Assembly (NCBI GenBank): GCA_000320545.1
Contig: ADNK01002225.1
Span: forward strand, 1-43,989
From: Bigelowiella natans CCMP2755
Taxonomy: Eukaryota; Protista; Cercozoa
Direction of reading: 5' to 3'
Length of the DNA stretch: 43,989 nucleotides
This document shows, piece after piece, positions 1 to 8,805 of this stretch. The translations under genes were made by a program, and so were the position numbers. The notes under the pieces were generated by a model that was not told where the DNA came from, made no database searches, and saw nothing but the letters and a program-made list of their open reading frames with translations. How positions within the stretch are numbered: the first letter of the stretch is position 1; each line of letters opens with the position of its first letter.

Positions 1-443
1 GTATTATTGGGATATGAGTAATCGTAACCCCAAAGACCCCCCCATGCACGCAGGACATGGAATCTGCGTCTAACCAGGCATCCGTTTCTCTTGAGCAGCC
101 GACGGTCTCTTAGAGGATTAGAGGGAAGTTCGAGTCCATAAAGCAGCGTCCACAACAAGGATTCCGACCCCTTCCGCAAATCCACGCCTAACTGTGCTCA
201 CATATATCTATATATACATATATATATATCCTCTCCCACCGCATTTTGTGCGCTCGCGCTTATGCTTCTTGAGTACGATTTAGCCGTCGCCAAGTGGCAT
301 GGCCAAATGCAACATACTGCACTTCCACGAGGGGAAAAGCTATGAAAAGAAGCGAATACCTTCAATGTCATCAAGACCCATCTCGTACCTGAGGGTAACA
401 GCAATCTGCATTATTGATGTGTAGTGCACAAACACACACACGC

Positions 444-475
<32 letters not shown>

Positions 476-1735
476 GGTTTCATAGATTGTGCTTAATTAA
501 CTTACTGGTCGACATCATTTGCTTCATTATTCCTTGCTTCTAAGTTCCCAATTATCACATTTTTCATTAAATAAGTGTACATGTACAACTTTCTTACAAT
601 ATTATGGACTCTATACCGTTTTTGTGCGTGGTTTTTGGTTGATATTTTGAGAACATCAGATCATGGTTATTCGTGGTGTTTGGTTGGTATTTTTTGAGAG
701 CATCGCATCACAGTGGGTGCATCTCAAATAGCTCGAGATGTATCTCTGAGCGCAAAATACAACTGCTGAATTCTCAAGAAAGACCCAACGAGAAAAGGAA
801 GGAGCCGAAAGGCAAACAGTCGCTAAATTTCTTTCCATCTTGCATAACTCACACACAGATGGCTACCCCATTCTTGAATCTTCTCCTTATACGCAGGTGT
901 CGGGCCCTTAAAGATGTGATAAAGAGCGTTCAAATACATATGCATCGTTATTGGCTGAACTAACGTGTAGCAAAATTGCAATCCCGGCACACACATATGT
1001 GTAAGGAGTATGAAGTGCAAATCTTTGCAACCTGATCTTCGGCCTGCGTCTCGCCATTTCCAGGCCTCACGTCAGCCTCCATGTAAAACCTGCGGATTGT
1101 GTTTCCAACCGTAAACATTTACGCTTGCAAATGTGTAAGCGCCCTGCCTTAAAATTTGCGTCGACGAAGATGAAGGGAGGAAATCATACACTTTAGAGCA
1201 CGCGCAGCAGCAGCTCGGTGTGTCGTAGCAGCGCACACGCTATAGGCATCTCCGATCTATCTACTAGGAAAATGTGGTTTTCAATCATTTGTGAGAAGTC
1301 TACTCGTCCATAGGCCCTGTTCCTCCCCGCAGAGCAAACATGTCGGATTTCTGATGAGCAGATATGCATATATCACACACACACAGACGCAAAGACGCCC
1401 GCAAACCGAGACCGTTCATGCAGGAGAGTGGTACATGAGGGTGATAAGATGGCATCGGAAGGCTCGGATAGAGTTATAAGGACGCATATCATATAGGGCT
1501 CAAGAGGATGGAAAGCACGGACCGATGTCCCCCCCCACCGCCATACTGCGCTTCCTGCAACTGGCGGTAATGTCGCCAGTACTCGCCGAGGAAGAACATA
1601 GTGGCTAGAAGTTGCCAACGGTCTCGAGTGGCTGCACCAGCAGAGGGGGAGGAGGAAGAGGAGTGCAGTTCCGAAGTGAGAAAGCCGTTTCAACGATGAT
1701 CTGCGTCGTCCTAAGAACGTACAGCATGCAATCAA
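1..1735 (-). CDS. Multi-exon protein-coding gene of unknown function; 3' end runs off the left edge, 5' end uncertain
   Basis: Minus-strand AG/GT-bounded exons with open frames: 75-187 (GVDLRKGSESLLWTLLYGLELPSNPLRDRRLLKRNGCL), 1032-1089 (FYMEADVRPGNGETQAEDQ) and ~1192-1256 (IGDAYSVCAATTHRAAAARALK). Introns carry (TA)n/(CA)n tracts like the other genes here. No recognisable domain, and the start codon is not resolved. Confidence 0.4.
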
Positions 1736-2699
1736 TTATGACTGGCGAACAATGCTCTATCTCTCTTGCTCGTCATTCATGCTGAATGTCACCTGCACGC
1801 ATTGCCAACTGCTATCGCCGCTCCTTTGCACTCGCGGCGCTCAGTCATGGAGGAGGGCACGGGCCACTCTTGTTGTCGTTGTTGCCTCCGATTTTAGGCA
1901 GAAATTGGTTTACATCGGCTTGAAAAATGGATTAAAATACAACCGCGGAACTGAGGATGTCTGGGTGCAAATTTGCGCTGAAAACATCTGAGACCTCCAA
2001 AACGTGTGTGATGATTGTCAAGCTCAACGTCGCAAAATGAAAATGGTCTGAGTTTTCGAAGAGATCACATGCGACAAACAAAAGGTCCCTGTTCAGATGC
2101 AAAATTCGTGCGATTTTTGTCCTGAGACAACCTTCTTTGGTGAAGCATCAAACTTCAAGCAGAAGCGCAATCAGCAGTGCACGGCGAATCAACAATTGCG
2201 AATCAACAATTGCAAGCAGCGTGCCTGGTTGACACCGACGCCCACTTGCTGCACTTGGCTTGTCGCTCACGTGCAATGCAGGCACACTCATTCAATGTGC
2301 ACGCAGGCATGCGCCAAGGCACACGCCAACCACGTGGCGCAAAACGTGGTCAGTGTGCAAGCTTGTTGCAGACCCGATCGAGGTGACCAGTTTCAGCTGG
2401 TGCTTGGACACACTCTGGCTGCACCTCCAATCAACAGGTGGTTCACCCAGCCCCAGTTCATTGTCCTTGGCTTCCTTGGTCACAGGCACTGGCTGGTTGT
2501 GCCGTGCAACACCAACAGACGAGCGTCACGTTGTCACCGTTCACACTCTTGATCGATTTTGAAGGTGGTGTTGGAACAAAAGACAAGGGTGCAAAAAACG
2601 TCAAAGCACTTCACGAACACAAAGGCAACAAACATCACACGATCGTGCGAAAAAAAGGACGATGAAAACGCTTTTGTGACCACGAAGGGTGAGCGATGT

Positions 2700-2955
2700 G
2701 GAGGCTTTTGCACCAATCGAGGGACGCAACGGCCGTGTCTTTGAGAGGAAGTGAGAGGAGAGGAGCGCAAAGAAAACGTCTTCAAGAGGGGGGGAGGAGA
2801 AAGGAGCGAAAAGGAAGTGTCTTCAAGAAGGAAGGAGGGGAGAGGAGCGCAAGGAAGGTGAATCCAAGAAGAGAGGAGAGGAGAGCAGCGCAAAGAACAC
2901 ACCTTCAACGAGGAAGGGGCGGAGAGGGACGCAACGGCTGCACCTTTTGAGAGGA
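2700..2955 (+). repeat. Purine-rich degenerate repeat, homologous to ~7080-7340
   Basis: aacacaccttcaacgaggaaggggcggagagggacgcaacggctgc (~2896-2941) matches aacaccttcgtgaggaagggcctgagaggggtgcaacggccac (~7261-7303). Both regions carry gagaggagag..cgtcttca/ttttga units. Confidence 0.7.
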
Positions 2956-3757
2956 GACACTCACGGACGAGCGACGAAGAACTGTGATGGCAGGCAGGAG
3001 GCCTGGCCTGCTTCGAGTGCCACACTCCTGCTTCCCGTTTGTCCAAGTTGCACCCCACGATCCTTTGTCGATCCTGTGTGAGTGTCGTTTGCGCAGGTGT
3101 GCCCCGTGCGCACCTGGTGTGCGTTTGGTCCGTTTGCTCCTTCCAGTTGGTGCAGCCAGCTCCTCTGCAGTCTGGCAGTGTCTTTTCGCGGTTTCCGTTT
3201 GCGAGTGAGCACTGGTGTGCTTTCGCTGGCACTCCTCTGTTTGGCTGTTCACTTTCACGCGGTCTGCCCCGCCTGCTCTTGGCCACCAGCACAGAAGCAA
3301 CGGCCTCAACGGTGTGCTGCACCTCTCGTCGTCAAGGCCAAGCTCGACGTTCCCCTCCCAGCCTTGTTCCTCCTCCTCTGTCCGACGAGAAAAAAGTGCC
3401 TCCAATCCCAACACCTCCATCGATTGACGTTCCCCCCGTGTGTCTGCGTCCGCGTCCACGTCCACGACCACGCTGCCAGGCACGTTGGTGTGGCAGACCT
3501 TGGTGACTGCAGTTTTCGTGGTTGCAGGGAGCGCGAGCGCACTCGCACGTTGCTGCTTTGGGGGGCGGAGCAATGGTCTCTTCGACCACCTCGCTGCTTC
3601 TCCGAGTGTTGCACGAGTGGCTTGAAGTCCTTGCTTTTGTCCTCTTTGCCACTTTCTTCCTTGTTTTTGTCGTTTGACTGGTTCGTTTCCTCTCCTTGGT
3701 CCAAAAGGCTTCCCAGGTCCTGGGTGGCTGCGGTGAAGGCCTTGAGCTCCTTGCTGT

Positions 3758-4383
3758 TGCAGGGGCTGTGCAGTCCCTGTGCACGCACGCGCAAGGAACG
3801 CACGTGCCCGTGCGCACCACGTGCACTTGGAAAGCACACGTGCTCTGTTCGTGTCCACACGTGCACCAAGCAAGCCACCACACACGCACCTGAAGTCACC
3901 AAGTGCAGCTGCAGTGCACGCAGTTCGCACGCAGCACGCAGTTGCGCAACAAGCACTGCCAATTGCGTGGGTGTTCACGTTGGCAAGTGCACCTGACGTG
4001 TGCGTTTCCAGGCACACTGCACACGGACTCACGATCCCCGTGCGTGCACGCGTGAGAAGACTTGCAGTCCCTGCAACTGCGTGCTCGGCTGCGTTTGCGT
4101 GCGTGCACGCAAAGTCCCACGAGTGCCAGCACGTCGCAAGTTGAGTGCACAGGGACGTCCAGACGTGCACGTCCACACACGTGCACGCGCAAGGAACACA
4201 CGTGCCTGGTGAGCACACACGCTCTGTTCACATCCACACGTGCACCAAACAAGCCACTGCACACGCACCGAAAGTTGCCAAGCGCAGCTGCAGTGCGTGC
4301 AGTTCGCACGCAATGGCACGCAGTTGTGCAGCACGCACTGCCAATTGCATGGACGTCCATCTCAGCAAGTCTGATGCACGCAC
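3758..4383 (+). repeat. Two direct copies of a ~200-bp module (~3785-3990 and ~4183-4383); third partial copy at ~9530-9640
   Basis: Shared core gcgcaaggaac..gctctgttc....ccacacgtgcaccaa.caagccac...aag.gcagctgcagtgc..gcagttcgcacgca..gcactgccaattgc. Confidence 0.85.
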
Positions 4384-4464
4384 TTTGAGGTGCATTGCGT
4401 GCCCAACTGCGTTGGCGCACACGTGCACAATGTCCCATGAACACTGGCAAATCGTGAGTCGAGT

Positions 4465-5250
4465 GCGAGCAAATCAACGACAAAGAATCACACGATGAAG
4501 TGTGTCGTTGTGTGCACGCACATGCAATTGTGCTCACAGCTGTCAAAACGTTTTGCGATGTGAGTCAGAGCTGGAGCTGCAGAGCTGCAGAACGGGCAAC
4601 ACTCCACGTTTCTCAGCAATCCTTGGGAGAACGCCAGAGAGCCCGATGCCATCGATGAAGCTGAAAGCACGCAGCACGAAAAACCTCAAACGCATCGCGT
4701 TTGTGAAAGGCATGCTGAGGGATGCTGGCACAAACAAAGGCGAAAAGCAGTTCTTGTTGGCACACCTCAAAGCCGAAAACGACAATGTCGCGAAAACTGC
4801 ATCGCAAACAGTGAACTCTCACACTGACACCAGCAACAATCAACTGTCCGTGCATTGGGTCATTGACGCGGTTCGGCACTTCACTGAACACGCACGTGAC
4901 AACGTTGAACGTGATGGATCCTTCGCAGGAATTGGTGAAACTTTGAGAGGTGTTTTTGTTGTCGCTGGTGTCGCAGGTGAAGTGATCATTCACGACCAAA
5001 CTGTGTTGAACAGCAACACGTGATGCACGTGGATGCACGTGTGCACACAAAGCCCCATCACTTGGCACACGTGCAGCTGCAGGCACACGTGAAGCAGGTG
5101 ATGCACGTGTCGCAGACGGCTTGCACGTGTGGGGACACACACGTCCATGCAAGCGCGAGCAAGTCAACGACAAAAAGTCGCGTGGTGAAACGCATCGTTG
5201 CGTGCACGCGCGTGCAATTGCACTGACAGCTGTCAAAACGTTTTGTGATC
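4465..5250 (+). repeat. ~95-bp direct repeat pair (~4465-4560 and ~5155-5250)
   Basis: gcgagcaa.tcaacgacaaa...tcgttg.gtgcacgc..tgcaattg(tg/ca)ct.acagctgtcaaaacgttttg.gat occurs in both places. Confidence 0.85.
5020..5151 (+). repeat. ~130-bp module ending in a palindrome; inverted copy ~6706-6835, direct copies ~9640-9768 and partial ~8470-8539
   Basis: gtgtgcacacaaagc.ccatcacttggcac...gtgtcgcagacggc..gcacg...ggga....gtccatgca. The reverse complement of 6706-6835 aligns to it. Confidence 0.85.
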
Positions 5251-7370
5251 CAAACGCAAGCTGCAAAACGGGCCAAACTCCAAGTCCCTCAGCAATGTTG
5301 CGTTCCACGTCGATGTCTCTCTGAGCGCAGGAACGCTTCCTCTTGCGTGCAAAAAGCAGCTCTTTCAGTCCTTCGACACGACGTTCCGTGCTCTGAAGAC
5401 TCCCTTTGCTGAGCACGGAACGCTTCGTCTTGCACGCAGGGAGTGGCTCTTTCAGTCCTTTGACGTGACGTTCCACGTTCTGAGGGCTTTTTCACACCGA
5501 GCAGAGTGTGACAGTTTTTTTTCTTCTTCCTCGTCCGATTGACAAGAAGGAACGAAAGGAACAGAGGGGACGTCAATCGACAAAGGTGTCAGGATTGGAG
5601 GGGGTGGCGGCACGTCAATTGGTGTGCAGAGGTCGAAGACACTCCTTTCTCGTCAGGTGGAAGAGGATTGGGAGGGACACCAACTGACGGAAGTGTCGGG
5701 ATTGGAGGTGCAGGGGGCAGCGGCACGCTGAGTGACGTGAGCACGGAGGTTGGAGGCACCGCTCCCTCGCCGTGTGGAAGAGAAGGGTTGCGAGGGACGT
5801 CAGGTGTCGGGATTGGGAAAGGTCCCCAGTGCACAAACCCTCGAGGACTGGAGGAGTGCAACCGCCTCCACCGTGATGCTTCGACCTGCCACCGTCGAAG
5901 CTGCACTTGTCAGCTTTGACACACTGAAGCACTCCCGTGAGCTCGTCGTCCTTGTGCATTGGAAAAGTCTCACGAGTTTCGTTGTGCTCTCCCACTGGAC
6001 CTTGCAGGCGTTTCTTGTCAAAAACGTCGTTGGCACCAGTCCGTTGAGGTTTCCAACGAACTCTGCAAGGCCCCTTGTGCCCTCTGCCTCTCAGACGCAC
6101 CTTCCTGCTGCAACGTTGGTGCGGAAGCGAGTGCGAAAAGTGCGGGTGGGTCTTTTTCACCAAGGAACCTTGCCACTCAACCCTGATTTTTGGGAACGTG
6201 GGGCTCTTGACACCCTCTGACACGACACAAAAGTGACAAACTTGCGTGCCAAAACACGCAAAAAAACCACTGACCTGAACCAACCGTTGTCCCGGCTGGC
6301 CGGTGTCAACACCCGCTTGTGATCTCCACGGACGCTTGTTCGCTGTGGGAGTTCTTTTTGGTCGTTGTCGCCCGAAATCGCATTCCTGCGCAGTCCTTGC
6401 AGCGCCGCCCGTGTCACCTGGTGCAAACTCGCAACGCACAGGCCCGATTTCTTGTCGTCGTCTTCCTTTTGGCTTTGCTGCGTGGCAGTCAACTGCTTCT
6501 TGGCACGATCGTCAAACCTTCAAACATCGCGCTTCGCCAAGTTGATGCCCACTTTCTCCAAGCGGTCCGTGCGCTGCGCTGGTTTGCTCACATCGTTTGT
6601 CGCACGCGTTTCCTGGCTTTCACCACCTGGCCACCACCGCAGCTCCCCTGCTTGGCGCAACGAGTTGTCCGGTGTGCTCCTCCTTGCGTTTCCTGGCTTC
6701 CATCGTGCATGGACTTCAAATCCCTGTGCGTGCACGCCGTCTGCGACACGTGTGTCACCCACTTCACACGCACCTGTGACCACACACGTGCCAAGTGATG
6801 GCGCTTTGTGTGCACACGTGCACTCACGTGTGCCGTGTGTTGCTTGTCGTGGCAATGGCTGAACTGCACGACAACGCCAATCACACGTCGCAAGACGGCA
6901 ACGCTTTCCAAACAAAAGCCTTGTGCCAACGTTGCGTTCCCTTGCGTTTTGCGCTGCGCGGTGTCACTTCAGCACGGAAAACGCGTTGCGTGCACGATGT
7001 CGCTTTCGACAAAACGTGATGCACGAAGTGTTGCACAGCTTGCATGCCAGCTCAATGGCACAGCAAGGAAGGAAGGGGTTGAGAGATGCGTGATGGCTGC
7101 ATCCTCGAGAGAAAGTGAAAGGAGAGGAGTCCGTGTGAAACGTTTTTGAGAGGGAGGGGGGCAAGGAAGAGCAGAGATGACGTCTTTTGACAGGAGAGGG
7201 AGGAGGACAAGTGCACAGGAAGCAAAGTGAAAAGGAAGGGACAGGGGAAAGCGTGCAGTGAACACCTTCGTGAGGAAGGGCCTGAGAGGGGTGCAACGGC
7301 CACGTCCTCGAGAAAAAGTGAAAGGAAAGGAGTCCGTGTGAAGTGGACTTCAAGTCCCCACAATCGTTCC

Positions 7371-7570
7371 CGCAGCTCCCCCACTTGGCGCAATGAGTCG
7401 TCCGGCACGCTCCTCGATCCTGCGTTTCCTGGCTTTCATCGTCACCGCAGCTCCTTCCACTTGGCACAAGTTGTCCGGTGTGCCCCTCCTTGCGTTTCCT
7501 GGCTTTCATCGTTGCCGCAGCTCCCCTGCTTGGCGCAACAAGTTGTCCGGCACGCTCCTCCTCTTGCGTG
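7371..7570 (+). repeat. ~70-75-bp tandem repeat (about 3 units), plus ~1.5 units at 6605-6705
   Basis: Units start cgcagctcc at 7371, 7446 and 7516, followed by cttggc..gtccgg..gcgtttcctggctttcatcgt. Confidence 0.9.
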
Positions 7571-8541
7571 CACACACACACGCACCCACGTGTGCTTTGC
7601 GCTTGCTTGTCGCAGCGCTTGCTGTGTTGCACGATGGACGCCAACGACGTGTCGCAAGGTGGCAACGCCTTCCAAACGAAAGCCTTGTGTCAATCCTGCA
7701 CTCTCTTGCACTGTTGCTCTGCGCGATGTTGCACCATCGTGGAAAGTGCACTGGGCCAGGGTCTGTCTTGAAGGGCATCCGAGGTTTGCCAACTGTGGCA
7801 GAGCCAGGCTGGCAGGTGAGCAGCAGTGGCAGCAGTGGCAGCAGTGGCAGCAGTGGCAGCAGCAGCAGTGATGTGTCGTGTCGTTGCCTGTGCACACGTG
7901 AACACGTTGGCCACGTGTGTCGCTTTCCATCGTTGCTGGATTGGGTGTGAGTCACCACAATTGATCCTTTCATCACTCTCATCGTCGATGTCATCAAAAG
8001 GCACACCGATCATCGGTGTTGGTCCTGCAACTCGGTGGTCGTTGTGGTGGCAGCAGCAGCAGCAGCAGCGGTGGCTGCAGTGGCAATGTCGTTCAGCAAC
8101 GTTGGTGCTGCACTCACTCAGTCCGCAACCAGAACATTGCTGCCACCACCACCACTGCCACCACTGCCACTGCTGGACTGCTGGTCACTCAGTCAGCAAC
8201 CAGAGTGTCACCACCACTGCTGCTGCAACAACAACAACCACTGCCACTGCTGCTGCGAACAACCAACAACAACAACCACTGCTGCCACTGCTCGTGGAAG
8301 AGCGCTGCACGAGCACCTTTCCAACTTGTTCGATGATTTTCACGTCACATTCCAGTGCACTTGCAATGCTTTTCTGCACGTTCCCCAGTTCGTTTGGCGC
8401 AAGTTTGCCCTTTTCTTCGTGTGTTTTCATTGCACGAGACACAACCTGAAAAGACGTCATCACCGTCAAGTCACGTGCGAAGCACGTGGTGCACGTGTCG
8501 CAGGCAGCACTCACGCACAGGGACCGTGCAGTCCCTGCACT

Positions 8542-8805
8542 GTCGAGTGCCACGATGGTCGTGGAACACTCGTGAGCGGGCTTCAGCGAGGACTTGAGGC
8601 AACGTGCTGCTCCTTTCAGCGTTGGCTCAGCGCCGTTTTGTCGAAGTGCGTTGTGGAGCTCGCTCACTCTTGCCGCTGACTTCGCAGGGTTCTCTTCGAA
8701 GTCTTTGGTGTTGAGTTCCTGGAGTTTCTCTCGGGTGAGGGAGGTGGCTTTGGGGCCGTCTCCTCCAAGTTCCAACGTGAGGGCGGACCAAGTGACTGCT
8801 GCATC
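8542..8805 (-). pseudogene. Degenerate Ty1/copia-type gag (UBN2/Retrotran_gag_2-like) fragment
   Basis: DAAVTWSALTLELGGDGPKATSLTREKLQELNTKDFEENPAKSAARVSELHNALRQNGAEPTLKGAARCLKSSLKPAHECSTTIVALD fits the copia gag pattern W..L.......L...L..L.......R...L.N.L...G.......L..L...Y, with His/Cys at positions where Tyr would fit. Recognised by pattern only; no search was run. Confidence 0.55.
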
